Source of the DNA: a virus | DNA: 64,000 nt | Reading direction: 5' to 3' (one strand) | IMG/VR virus record: IMGVR_UViG_3300017917_001030 | Span: 32,001-96,000 of that record | In this document: positions 21,233-30,100 of the stretch, piece by piece | How the letters are laid out: each line of letters begins with the position of its first letter | How positions within the stretch are numbered: position 1 is the stretch's first letter | Notes under the pieces: generated by a model | Databases searched by the model: none | What the model was told of the DNA's origin: nothing | Seen by the model: the letters and a program-made list of their open reading frames with translations, nothing else | Program-made: the position numbers and the translations under genes

Positions 21233-21552
21233 ATTACAAATACAATGAAGGTGAGCTAATTAGAGAATTGAAAGAATACATTGATTCTACATACGGCCAA
21301 CATTATTCATTGTCCAAATATCAAGCATCTGAATTTATTATTGATAACGGTCACGGTGTCGGCTTTTGTGCTGGCAATGTTATGAAATATGTTCAACGTT
21401 ATGGAAAGAAAGCAGGAAGGAATAGACAAGACCTATTAAAGGTGTTACACTATGCTTTAATGCTGTTGTATGTTCACGATGCAGAAACAGGCGAAGGCGT
21501 TGAAAACGATGAGCCGCAATATAAAGAACCAATCCAATTTCACCCAGTTTAA
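21220..21552 (+). CDS. Conserved T4-like protein (DUF3310-like)
   Basis: STYGQHY, GFCAGNVMKYVQRYGKK, DLLKVLHYA. Confidence 0.75.
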   Translation: MGEIDYKYNEGELIRELKEYIDSTYGQHYSLSKYQASEFIIDNGHGVGFCAGNVMKYVQRYGKKAGRNRQDLLKVLHYALMLLYVHDAETGEGVENDEPQYKEPIQFHPV

Positions 21553-21567
21553 TACAAAGGATATATT

Positions 21568-22224
21568 ATGCAATTTAGTAATGAAACGATTCAACTATTG
21601 AAGAACTTTGCTGCAATTAACAGCAACATTCTTATTCGCAAGGGTAAGACACTGTCTACAATTAGTACAGCAAAGAATATCTTTGCTAAGGTAACAGTTA
21701 CAGAAGACTTTCCGGTCGAGGTACCTGTTTATGATTTGAACTCTTTGTTGGCGTTGTTGACTTTGATGGAAAATCAAAATGTTGAGTTTGGTGATAAGTC
21801 GTTGACTATCTCTAAAGATAATGGCAAGTTTGAGTATTTCTATTCTAACGCCAGCGTCATTGTTGCAGCACCAGATAAGACGATTGAGATTGATGAACAT
21901 TTCAAGTTCAACCTTTCCTCTGAAGATGTTAATATGCTTATCAAGGCAGCAAATATTACAGCTGCTCCTACAATCTCTGTTATCGCAAAAGATGGCAAGG
22001 TTACATTGGCAGTAGGCGACAAGAAAAACGATACAGCAAATACCTATAAAAAGACTATCGGTGATAGCTCAGAAACATTTGAGTGCCATATGTCTGTAGA
22101 TAACTTCAAGATTGTTCCTGACGCATATGAAGTCACTATCTCTAAGAAGAAGTTGTTCCACTTCAAGCACGCCACAAAACCGCTTGAATACTTTATCGCA
22201 ATGGAGCCGGATTCTGTAGTATGA
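21568..22224 (+). CDS. gp45: Sliding clamp
   Basis: LLKNFAAINSNI, YDLNSLL, YFIAME; synteny with gp44. Confidence 0.93.
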   Translation: MQFSNETIQLLKNFAAINSNILIRKGKTLSTISTAKNIFAKVTVTEDFPVEVPVYDLNSLLALLTLMENQNVEFGDKSLTISKDNGKFEYFYSNASVIVAAPDKTIEIDEHFKFNLSSEDVNMLIKAANITAAPTISVIAKDGKVTLAVGDKKNDTANTYKKTIGDSSETFECHMSVDNFKIVPDAYEVTISKKKLFHFKHATKPLEYFIAMEPDSVV

Positions 22225-22550
22225 ACACGGCCACTCGCAGATCATTTGCAAAGACCCTAGGTCTTGTTGGTTTGGTTGCAGTAGGAATCGAAGGATATAA
22301 ACAAGCAAAAGAACGCATCGTTTATAAACAAGATGAGATTCCTTCTGCAGAACTTGAACAACAACTTGAAGGCAAGCCGGTTCTTCAGTTGGCAGCAACA
22401 TACGGAAAACCGAAATACAGAAATTCTTTTTATCTTGTTGGAATGGAAGATTATGAAGAAGGTACTCGTAAAGATGTTAAAGTGCAAATAGTACCTGGGC
22501 CTGATGGCAAACTGTATGTCAAGGAAAATGATTCCTGGCGTAAAATTTAA
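22221..22550 (+). CDS. Hypothetical protein with twin-arginine-like N-terminus
   Basis: TRRSFAK followed by hydrophobic LGLVGLVAVG. Confidence 0.6.
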   Translation: MNTATRRSFAKTLGLVGLVAVGIEGYKQAKERIVYKQDEIPSAELEQQLEGKPVLQLAATYGKPKYRNSFYLVGMEDYEEGTRKDVKVQIVPGPDGKLYVKENDSWRKI

Positions 22551-22565
22551 TATTATGGAGTTGTT

Positions 22566-23507
22566 ATGGAAGTTCGTGAAGATCAATTTTTGTGGGTTGA
22601 AAAGTATCGCCCTCGTAAGCTAGATGAATGTATTCTGCCCGCCGAACAGAAGAAGGTATTCGATGAAATGCTTTCTAAAGGCGAGATTCAGAATATGCTA
22701 TTGTGTGGTGGTGCGGGCATGGGTAAGACCACTATTGCCCGAGCATTGTGTGAAGAACTAGGAACAGATTATATCATCATTAACGGTTCTGAAGAATCTG
22801 GTATTGATGTTCTTCGTAGCAAGATTAAACAGTTTGCGTCTACTGTTTCCTTTAGTGGTAAGACCAAAGTTGTTATTCTTGACGAAGCAGATTATTTGAA
22901 TCCTAATTCTACTCAGCCTGCCCTCCGAGCATTCATTGAAGAATTCTCGGCAAACTGCCGATTCATTTTTACTTGTAACTTTAAAAATCGTATTATTCAA
23001 CCTCTGCATTCTCGATGTGCGGTTATTGAATTTAAGATTGCTAAAGCAGACAAGCCGAAAATTGCAGCATCATTCTTCCAAAGAGTTATTGAAATTCTTA
23101 AGCATGAGCAAATCGAAGCTGACCCTAAGGTCGTTGCTAAGGTAATTGAAAAGCATTTCCCTGACTATCGTCGAATTCTAAACGAACTTCAGCGTTACAG
23201 TTCTTCGGGTAAAATTGACGAAGGTATCTTAGTCAATATGGGCGAAGTTAATATGAAAGAACTTACCCTGGCTCTGAAGGAAAAAGACTGGAAGCGTATG
23301 CGTTCGTGGGTCGTTAATAATATTGACAATGACCCACAAACATTGTTTAGAAAGTTCTACGATACTTTGGCTGACGATGTTGTCCAAGTCCCGCAGCTTG
23401 TTCTGTTGCTTGCAGATTACCAATATAAGTCTGCATTCTGCGCAGACCAGGAAATTAACCTGGTTGCATGTCTAACCGAAATTATGGCTTCGGTACAGTT
23501 CAAATGA
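22566..23507 (+). CDS. gp44: Clamp loader large subunit
   Basis: WVEKYRP, GGAGMGKT, ILDEAD, SRC. Confidence 0.96.
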   Translation: MEVREDQFLWVEKYRPRKLDECILPAEQKKVFDEMLSKGEIQNMLLCGGAGMGKTTIARALCEELGTDYIIINGSEESGIDVLRSKIKQFASTVSFSGKTKVVILDEADYLNPNSTQPALRAFIEEFSANCRFIFTCNFKNRIIQPLHSRCAVIEFKIAKADKPKIAASFFQRVIEILKHEQIEADPKVVAKVIEKHFPDYRRILNELQRYSSSGKIDEGILVNMGEVNMKELTLALKEKDWKRMRSWVVNNIDNDPQTLFRKFYDTLADDVVQVPQLVLLLADYQYKSAFCADQEINLVACLTEIMASVQFK

Positions 23508-23770
23508 GAATTTCGGGTATAATTTACGATGTAGAATACCTCGAGCCAGACCAGCTTGGGGGTAATCTGGGCACCGCTGATTTTGATAAACAACGAATTT
23601 GTATCTCAAATCGAGCAACATTTCAAACTAAGCGTATTGCCCTGTTACATGAGACTATACATATATTAGACAGGACATATGGGATTGGTCTGGATGAAAA
23701 ACAAGTAGTTCTTCTTACCCATGCTTTAATTGCGTTAAAAGAGGATAATCCAGATGCAAATATTATTTAA
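23504..23770 (+). CDS. Small HExxH metallopeptidase-like protein
   Basis: LLHETIH. Confidence 0.6.
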   Translation: MRISGIIYDVEYLEPDQLGGNLGTADFDKQRICISNRATFQTKRIALLHETIHILDRTYGIGLDEKQVVLLTHALIALKEDNPDANII

Positions 23771-24053
23771 TACTTTTTCTAATACTATCCAATGGATAAA
23801 GGATGATTGGTCATCTAACCGTTTACGTTTTATTGTTGAGTTGCTTGCTTGGGGTATATCTATCGGATGTTCTATCACCATGGCGCTCACAGTACCCGAA
23901 CCTCCACTTCTCACTTTGTATCCTATTTGGATCAGTGGTTGTGCTATGTACGCTTGGGCTGCTTGGAGTCGTAAATCTTTTGGGATGTTGGCTAATTACA
24001 TTCTGCTCACCACCATTGATAGTATTGGGTTGGTGAGGATGTTGTTATCATGA
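23754..24053 (+). CDS. Small membrane protein (about 3 TM)
   Basis: Three hydrophobic segments. Confidence 0.65.
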   Translation: MQILFNTFSNTIQWIKDDWSSNRLRFIVELLAWGISIGCSITMALTVPEPPLLTLYPIWISGCAMYAWAAWSRKSFGMLANYILLTTIDSIGLVRMLLS

Positions 24054-24493
24054 GTATTTTCGGTGAACCTAAAAAAGAGATCAAAGTAGAGCCCTATAAG
24101 GCGCCTTCGATTTCCCCTTTCGATTTTATAAACTCTATCCATTATACTAAGGAACAGCTAATTGTCGACGATTGGTCTGAGAAACAGTATAATCCATTCA
24201 TTATTAATAAAGGACTTTCCTACGGTGCAGATACGGTAATCCCTGCCAATGAAATGAATTCACGTCCCCACCTGGACAAAAAACTACAATTTTCGTTCTT
24301 AATAAATAATATTAAGCCTCGTAAGAGATTCAATAAATGGATCAAGGCTGAGAAAATTGAAGCGATAGAAGTAATCAAGGAATACTATGGATATAGCACA
24401 GAAAAAGCCCGCCAAGTACTCCCACTTCTTGATGATTCAAAAATTGATTATTTGAGAACAAAACTAATAAAAGGTGGCAGTAATGGCAGATGA
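24050..24493 (+). CDS. gp62: Clamp loader small subunit
   Basis: PFDFINSI, YNPFIINKGLS, ANEMN, YYGYS.EKA. Confidence 0.93.
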   Translation: MSIFGEPKKEIKVEPYKAPSISPFDFINSIHYTKEQLIVDDWSEKQYNPFIINKGLSYGADTVIPANEMNSRPHLDKKLQFSFLINNIKPRKRFNKWIKAEKIEAIEVIKEYYGYSTEKARQVLPLLDDSKIDYLRTKLIKGGSNGR

Positions 24494-24914
24494 GATTTTC
24501 CACATTGATTACCCAGGCTACAAGCCGTTGGAGGTAACTTTGGTTCAACCTGACGATTTTTTGAAGGTCAGGGAAACGCTTACCCGTATCGGGGTAGCAT
24601 CACGTAAAGACAAGATTTTATACCAATCGTGTCATATCCTACATAAACAAGGTCGTTATTTTATCGTACATTTCAAAGAGCTTTTTGCGCTAGACGGAAA
24701 AGTTGCAGACTTGACAGATAATGATCTACAGAGACGAAACACTATTGCTAAGTTGCTTGTTGATTGGGGCTTAGTCCAGGTCGTAAATGCAGAGGCATTT
24801 AAGGATATGGCACCGCTTTCGCAGATTAAAGTTATTGCTTTTAAAGATAAGAATGACTGGAATCTACAGACCAAATATAATATTGGCAAGAAAAGACAAG
24901 GTACAGAGCAGTAA
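24483..24914 (+). CDS. regA: Translational repressor RegA
   Basis: DFLKVRETLTRIG, LYQSCHILHKQGRYFIVHFKELF. Confidence 0.97.
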   Translation: MADEIFHIDYPGYKPLEVTLVQPDDFLKVRETLTRIGVASRKDKILYQSCHILHKQGRYFIVHFKELFALDGKVADLTDNDLQRRNTIAKLLVDWGLVQVVNAEAFKDMAPLSQIKVIAFKDKNDWNLQTKYNIGKKRQGTEQ

Positions 24915-24918
24915 TCTA

Positions 24919-24926
24919 TATAAATA
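24919..24926 (+). promoter_or_regulatory. T4-type late promoter
   Basis: TATAAATA. Confidence 0.7.
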
Positions 24927-24929
24927 ATT

Positions 24930-25140
24930 ATATCCCCGGGATGGGAACTAGCAGTCCGAGGTTAAGGCTAGTAAATAATTTCTCGGGCCAATAAACCCTT
25001 ACCTTAGGGCTGTTAGATGTTACAGTAAAAATATCCGTGTAATTACACCTCCGACACGAAAGTTCGGACCAGTATAAGGTAAGCTGGGATTCTATGCCGT
25101 TAGGGTAGAATATTTTTAAACTCGCTTATTTAAGGAGACT
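24930..25140 (+). ncRNA. Structured 5' leader or ncRNA upstream of the hsp20 operon
   Basis: Pseudoknot ACTAGC/GCTAGT with GTCCGAGG/TCTCGGGC; 9-bp helix CTTACCTTA/TAAGGTAAG; further hairpins. Confidence 0.55.
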
Positions 25141-25143
25141 ATT

Positions 25144-25362
25144 ATGAGCACAATGTACGCAGACATGGCTATTGACGCTGTTCAAAACGCCAAATTAGAA
25201 GTTGTTCGTCATCTTGTTAAGGATGAACAAATCAAGAAACCCCTAGAGCATTTTGTAGAAGCCCAGCGCGTCTATACCAAAGCTGTTACTAAGTCTGTAA
25301 TGGACGTTGCAACAGTTGTAGTTGAGACAACAAATCGCTTCTTTTTCGGTTCTGCAAAATAA
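25144..25362 (+). CDS. Hypothetical small helical protein
   Basis: AAGGAG SD; 72 aa. Confidence 0.7.
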   Translation: MSTMYADMAIDAVQNAKLEVVRHLVKDEQIKKPLEHFVEAQRVYTKAVTKSVMDVATVVVETTNRFFFGSAK

Positions 25363-25374
25363 TAGGAGGTTAAT

Positions 25375-25875
25375 ATGCAATTAGGTAATATTACTTTCGG
25401 TCCTCAATTTAAGGACATGGATAAGTTCTTCGTTGGTTTTGAAGATCAGTTCAACCGTATTGCAAAGATGCATGATGATCTAACAAAGAACATTCCTAAC
25501 TATCCTCCATATAATATTAAGAAAACTGGGGATAACACTTATGTTATAGAATTGGCTGTTGCTGGTTTCGGTAAACAGGATATTGAAATTGAATTGGCTG
25601 ACGGCAAAATGGTTGTTAAGGGTAATATCAGTTCTCAAGAACAAGAAGAAAACTTCTTATTCAAGGGAATCGCAAACAGAGCATTTACTCGTACGTTTGC
25701 TCTTGACGATCATATTGAAGTTAAAAACGCCGAGATGTTCAATGGTATGCTAAAAGTGTTTTTGGAAAAGATTATTCCTGAGCACAAGAAGCCAAAGAAG
25801 ATCGAGGTTACAGATAAATCTGAAGGTACTTCTAAAAGAAAGCAGCAATTGCTGACAGAAGAATCTAAGGATTAA
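25375..25875 (+). CDS. Small heat shock protein Hsp20 (IbpA-like)
   Basis: NYPPYNI, IELAVAGF, RAFTRTF, NGMLKV. Confidence 0.95.
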   Translation: MQLGNITFGPQFKDMDKFFVGFEDQFNRIAKMHDDLTKNIPNYPPYNIKKTGDNTYVIELAVAGFGKQDIEIELADGKMVVKGNISSQEQEENFLFKGIANRAFTRTFALDDHIEVKNAEMFNGMLKVFLEKIIPEHKKPKKIEVTDKSEGTSKRKQQLLTEESKD

Positions 25876-25881
25876 ACAAAA

Positions 25882-25901
25882 GAAGAGGGGCGACCCTCTT
25901 C
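25882..25901. terminator. Hairpin after hsp20 (terminator or stabiliser)
   Basis: GAAGAGGG-GCGA-CCCTCTTC; weak U-tract on the + strand. Confidence 0.55.
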
Positions 25902-25920
25902 GTCATTATGGGATTGACAT

Positions 25921-26202
25921 ATGAATATAAAGTTGTTACAATTTACGAATGGTGATGTTATTATAGGGGAGTATAATTATGATGTTGTTAAAAATCCCTT
26001 TTTGTTAACATATCATGTCCATAAAGAGGAAGATGGTCCTGTTCTATCAATGGTGCCCTATGCGTTATTTGCAGTAAATCATAGTATAAATGTTAACCCC
26101 AGTAACGTGATATGGAAAGCAGACCCTAATATTTACATGATAGAGGATTATAAAGTAGCAGTAGATCGTGTACATAATCCCCCTAGTGAGACTACAGAAT
26201 GA
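25921..26202 (+). CDS. Hypothetical protein
   Basis: 93-aa ORF, NGDVIIG. Confidence 0.65.
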   Translation: MNIKLLQFTNGDVIIGEYNYDVVKNPFLLTYHVHKEEDGPVLSMVPYALFAVNHSINVNPSNVIWKADPNIYMIEDYKVAVDRVHNPPSETTE

Positions 26203-26498
26203 AAAAGAATGCTCCTGGACCAGTAATTTATCTTGACCCTAAAACAGGTCAGCCTGTATGTGATTCAGTAAAGTGTAAAGATAAATTCAATACAAGAAAA
26301 TATGATGTTAAAGAAACAAATTATAAATGGTCAGGTGGCCCAGTAACACATAAATTTTATTATTCGTTATGTGATGAATGTGGAAGGCAAAATATCACAA
26401 ATAAAGATAAAGCCCTTACAGGACAAAGCTTTAGGCGTGGTACTTTAAACAAAGGCGTAGATCCAGAAATTGAGGTAAATGATGGCAAAGAAAATTAA
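26199..26498 (+). CDS. Hypothetical zinc-binding protein
   Basis: CDSVKC ... CDECG. Confidence 0.6.
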   Translation: MKKNAPGPVIYLDPKTGQPVCDSVKCKDKFNTRKYDVKETNYKWSGGPVTHKFYYSLCDECGRQNITNKDKALTGQSFRRGTLNKGVDPEIEVNDGKEN

Positions 26499-26601
26499 AT
26501 CAGTTGTTAAACGTTCTAAACAGGGCGGCAACGCAAAGACATCTACAATGTCTAAGACAGAAAAACGATCCTACAAGAAATATCGAGGTCAAGGACGGTA
26601 A
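26482..26601 (+). CDS. Small basic peptide ending KKYRGQGR (39 aa)
   Basis: GAGG SD; MAKKIKSVVKRSKQGGNAKTSTMSKTEKRSYKKYRGQGR. Confidence 0.65.
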   Translation: MAKKIKSVVKRSKQGGNAKTSTMSKTEKRSYKKYRGQGR

Positions 26602-26613
26602 TATATAATAAGC

Positions 26614-26688
26614 CGCGGGGTAGCGCAGAAGTAGAGCGCCGGGCTCATAATCCGGAGGTCGGAGGTGCGATTCCTTCCCCCGCAACCA
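26614..26688 (+). tRNA. tRNA-Met(CAT), initiator-like
   Basis: C1:A72 mismatch, CGCGGGG start, loop CTCATAA, CCA end. Confidence 0.88.
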
Positions 26689-26694
26689 GTTAAA

Positions 26695-27411
26695 ATGAAG
26701 AAAATACTATTTACCCTTTTGGCGTTGTTCTATATGAGCAACGCCTTTTCTTTTAAGGTTACCGCTGAGAGTTGGCTTGTGGCTGACGGCGACGGTAAGA
26801 TTATTCAGAGCGAAAACGCAACTGAAGTGAGAGCCATTGCCAGTATAACTAAGCTTATGAATGCTATAGTTGTATTAGATGCAGAATTACCATTAGAAGA
26901 AAAGATTGGGCAGTTCACACGATTACAGTTGTTACAAATGTCGTTAGTACATTCAGATAACAATGCCGCGAAAAAGTTATGCGAAAGTTATCCTGGTGGC
27001 AATTATGCTTGTATTCGAGACATGAATAGAAAAGCACAAGCGTTAGGTATGGAAGATACTAAGTTTGTAGAAGCATCTGGACTAAGCCATATGAATGTTA
27101 GTACAGGGCAAGACTTAGTTAAATTAGTTCTAGCTGCTAAAGAATATCCGCTTATTGTAGAAGCGTCAAGAACATCGCAAATAAAAATCAAGACAAAGAA
27201 AAGTCTTCTTGTCTATAATAATACCAATCCTATAATTGGTAAAAGACATGAAGACTTTCTTGTTAGCAAAACTGGTTATAATAGAGCATCAGGTGGCAGT
27301 ATAGTTATGATGCTCGCAAAATCTAATGAACAACGAATTGTTGTGGTTCTTGGTAGTAAGACTACGAGAACTCGTATCCCAGAAGCAGAATTTATTGCGG
27401 CTGCCTATTAA
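26695..27411 (+). CDS. D-Ala-D-Ala peptidase, family S11 (PBP7-like), with signal peptide
   Basis: IASITKLM (SxxK), SDN, KTG. Confidence 0.9.
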   Translation: MKKILFTLLALFYMSNAFSFKVTAESWLVADGDGKIIQSENATEVRAIASITKLMNAIVVLDAELPLEEKIGQFTRLQLLQMSLVHSDNNAAKKLCESYPGGNYACIRDMNRKAQALGMEDTKFVEASGLSHMNVSTGQDLVKLVLAAKEYPLIVEASRTSQIKIKTKKSLLVYNNTNPIIGKRHEDFLVSKTGYNRASGGSIVMMLAKSNEQRIVVVLGSKTTRTRIPEAEFIAAAY

Positions 27412-28105
27412 GTTTTAATAGATGTAGTTTCTCAAAGAGCTTGATATACATCCACCCTATATCAATCTCAAACCAGCGCTTACTCAATCTAGAATTGCCT
27501 GGTTCTACGTGATGGTTATTGTGAAGTTCCTCACCACCAATAAGAATACCAAAAGGTATAATATTCCTTGAACTATCTTTAGTATCCTTATTACGGTACC
27601 CCAACCAGTGTCCGACTCCATTTATAACTCCTGCTGCCCAGAACGGTATCCAAGCTATTTGTACTAACCATACCAATAGTCCAATTGGTCCGAACAATAA
27701 TAAGTCGATGGCTAATAAACAATAAACGCCTAGCTTAGAATACTTACTGTATAGATTTTTCTCAAGCCAATCGTCAGGTGTACCTACACCATATGCATTG
27801 ACCATATCTTTATCTTTACTTGCTTTGGTATAAAGCAAAACACCTTTAAGTAAAACTGTCCAGTTGCCAAATACTTTTGGGCTATGTGGGTCGCCTTCAA
27901 CGTCTGTAAATCTATGGTGTTTACGATGTATGGCGACCCATTCTTTTGTAACCATTCCAGTAGTTAACCAAAGCCAGAATCGCATAAAGTGGGATAAAGC
28001 AGAACTAAACTCTATTCCTTTATGTGCCTGGCCTCGGTGTAAAAATACTGTTACGCAAATAATTGTTATGTGTGTAGTTATGAGTGTGTATAAAAGTTCT
28101 AGCAT
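27392..28105 (-). CDS. Acyl-CoA/fatty acid delta-9 desaturase
   Basis: His boxes HRGQAH, HRKHH, HNNHH. Confidence 0.92.
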   Translation of the reverse strand: MLELLYTLITTHITIICVTVFLHRGQAHKGIEFSSALSHFMRFWLWLTTGMVTKEWVAIHRKHHRFTDVEGDPHSPKVFGNWTVLLKGVLLYTKASKDKDMVNAYGVGTPDDWLEKNLYSKYSKLGVYCLLAIDLLLFGPIGLLVWLVQIAWIPFWAAGVINGVGHWLGYRNKDTKDSSRNIIPFGILIGGEELHNNHHVEPGNSRLSKRWFEIDIGWMYIKLFEKLHLLKLNRQPQ

Positions 28106-28106
28106 C

Positions 28107-28661
28107 TTAGTCTAACATTTTAGGAACTTGTCCAGGTTCTAGACCAAGATCTTCCTGTGGTTCTATTTGTATCTGTCCCAATCTACCAGGAGTTTGTTGC
28201 AGCCCCTGTACCGGTTGATTAAATGTCGGCGGGGTAAATGAAGGTGCCGCTGATTGATACATCTGCATTGGTTGTGGTCTAGGTGCCATAGGAGGCGCCA
28301 TGGGTGGAGCCATAGAAGGCACTGGCGGTGTAGGGCTTGCTAATCTATTACCGTTATTCATTTGCATACCGGCCATAGCTGCTTCTTTACCTGTACCCGC
28401 AAGCATTATACCTGATAATGTACCACATAGGAATGTAGCTACAGGAATAATTAGTTCAAAGAACTTTGAATCTATTGGGCTGATTGCGCCGAGAGGTTGT
28501 GTCACAAAAATAATAGAATAAAGAACAACAAACACGATACCTATAAGTGTTACGGCTAAGCAACCACCTATGAATACCTTTAAACGAACCATCAGTTCTT
28601 CAGATGTGTATCTTTCTCCAGGCTTGCTAGAATGTTCTATCGGCTTTTTGTCATCTGTCAT
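28107..28661 (-). CDS. 2-TM membrane protein with Pro-rich tail
   Basis: Two hydrophobic helices; MAPP repeats. Confidence 0.7.
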   Translation of the reverse strand: MTDDKKPIEHSSKPGERYTSEELMVRLKVFIGGCLAVTLIGIVFVVLYSIIFVTQPLGAISPIDSKFFELIIPVATFLCGTLSGIMLAGTGKEAAMAGMQMNNGNRLASPTPPVPSMAPPMAPPMAPRPQPMQMYQSAAPSFTPPTFNQPVQGLQQTPGRLGQIQIEPQEDLGLEPGQVPKMLD

Positions 28662-28873
28662 TTGCAACCTCCTTGTGGTTGTGTAGTATTATTACGATCT
28701 ACTTTCACTTCAGGTTGCTTTTTAAAAATATACTCAGGGCAATCTTTGTTTACTTCGCAACGAGGAGCTTTGCAGAAATCTTTATCCCAGTTGTCAGGGT
28801 CCTGACAAGGATATCTATAATGTGCTTCGCACCCAACTAACAATAATAAAGATAAAGTTATGAAATATCTCAT
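28658..28873 (-). CDS. Small Cys-rich lipoprotein
   Basis: Lipobox LVGC; YRYPCQDP.NW...C..P.C. Confidence 0.7.
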   Translation of the reverse strand: MRYFITLSLLLLVGCEAHYRYPCQDPDNWDKDFCKAPRCEVNKDCPEYIFKKQPEVKVDRNNTTQPQGGCK

Positions 28874-28889
28874 AAGTATCTCCAATTAA

Positions 28890-29051
28890 TTATTTAACAT
28901 TCTTACGAACATTCTTTTTTCTGTTGTCTTTCCATTCAACACAAACGACTTTAAAACTAGTAAAGTCAATGTATCTCCATTTTACGCATTCTGTGTCGGG
29001 CTTGTCGTATAACGGGCCCTGCAACAAAAAGGACATTATTATTGTCACCAT
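28890..29051 (-). CDS. Small hypothetical protein (53 aa)
   Basis: MVTIIMSFLLQGP...CVKW...VVCVEWK; start overlaps the upstream gene's stop. Confidence 0.5.
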   Translation of the reverse strand: MVTIIMSFLLQGPLYDKPDTECVKWRYIDFTSFKVVCVEWKDNRKKNVRKNVK

Positions 29052-29536
29052 CTTCCGGCGGTTACACCGATCTGATAAATTAAGTAAACTAAGAAACCAG
29101 CAATAACTAAAACAGCACTTAGTATTGAATACCAGAATGCTTGTTCAATCGCCTCTTTTCTTTTTCTTATTCTTTCTCGTTCTGCTCTTTCTTTTTCTTC
29201 TCTAATTCTTCTTCTAATTAGCACGAACTCATTATAACCTGATAATCCTAGATGTTGTAATTCGCCGTATATAAACATATGACGAATTTCATTTTCCATC
29301 TGAATCAATTTAGATTTTGCTGCAATTAAATGCAACGCCTCTTGTGTATCATTTCCTTCTAAGGACCCACCTGATTTCTTTTCTGCTTTCTTTATGAAAT
29401 CATGCAGGTCGCTTGCGTGCCTTGCCCATTTACCTAACTGACCAAATATATCCTGGGCTTCTTTGCCCATGTCGACAGCTTTTTTAATGCCCGAGTATGC
29501 GGCCGACAATGCGGCGAAGATTGTAATCGGATCCAT
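29045..29536 (-). CDS. Membrane-anchored hypothetical protein
   Basis: MDPITIFAA start; C-terminal TM. Confidence 0.7.
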   Translation of the reverse strand: MDPITIFAALSAAYSGIKKAVDMGKEAQDIFGQLGKWARHASDLHDFIKKAEKKSGGSLEGNDTQEALHLIAAKSKLIQMENEIRHMFIYGELQHLGLSGYNEFVLIRRRIREEKERAERERIRKRKEAIEQAFWYSILSAVLVIAGFLVYLIYQIGVTAGRW

Positions 29537-30099
29537 TATTTATTGGCTAGAGGATTATCAATAGCCTTTTGAATTTTGTTATCAGTTTCTCTACGAACAC
29601 GCTCCAATTCAATCGCAACATCTCTTTTTAGCTTATCCATATCGTCACGAGTTTTATCTAAATTAGCACGTAGATCTCTTTGCATTGCCTTTAAGTCTTG
29701 ATCTGTTTCACGCTGTGCTTGTTTAACATAGCGCTCTACCTGCTCTGTCACTGACTCGTTACGACGAATATCGCCTTTTAGATCAGTCTTAATATCTCTG
29801 GTATAGTCAGAAGTCTTTTGGCTATTTTCTTCAATAACCGCAAGACGCTTATCATACTCTGATAAATCTGGCGCTGTATACTCAGCAATCTTTTTCTTCA
29901 TACTCATATAATCTTTGTACGTTTCAAATGCTCCATACAATGCACCTAATGCAGAAGATACGATAGTGAATGCTACCATAAGTTTTGCAGGTGTAAATTC
30001 ATACCCACCTATACTAATAACGGTATCTTTACTAGCATACTTTTTAGCTGCCGCTTCTAATTTGTCTACTTCCTTGTTAAGGTCCTTGCCCTCAGACAT
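29536..30099 (-). CDS. Single-TM coiled-coil protein
   Basis: TM near N-terminus, heptad-rich tail ending DNPLANK. Confidence 0.7.
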   Translation of the reverse strand: MSEGKDLNKEVDKLEAAAKKYASKDTVISIGGYEFTPAKLMVAFTIVSSALGALYGAFETYKDYMSMKKKIAEYTAPDLSEYDKRLAVIEENSQKTSDYTRDIKTDLKGDIRRNESVTEQVERYVKQAQRETDQDLKAMQRDLRANLDKTRDDMDKLKRDVAIELERVRRETDNKIQKAIDNPLANK

Positions 30100-30100
30100 T

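Noticed and set aside
26665-26694. Longer N-terminus for the S11 peptidase
   Set aside because: It overlaps tRNA-Met; the signal peptide starts at ATG 26695.
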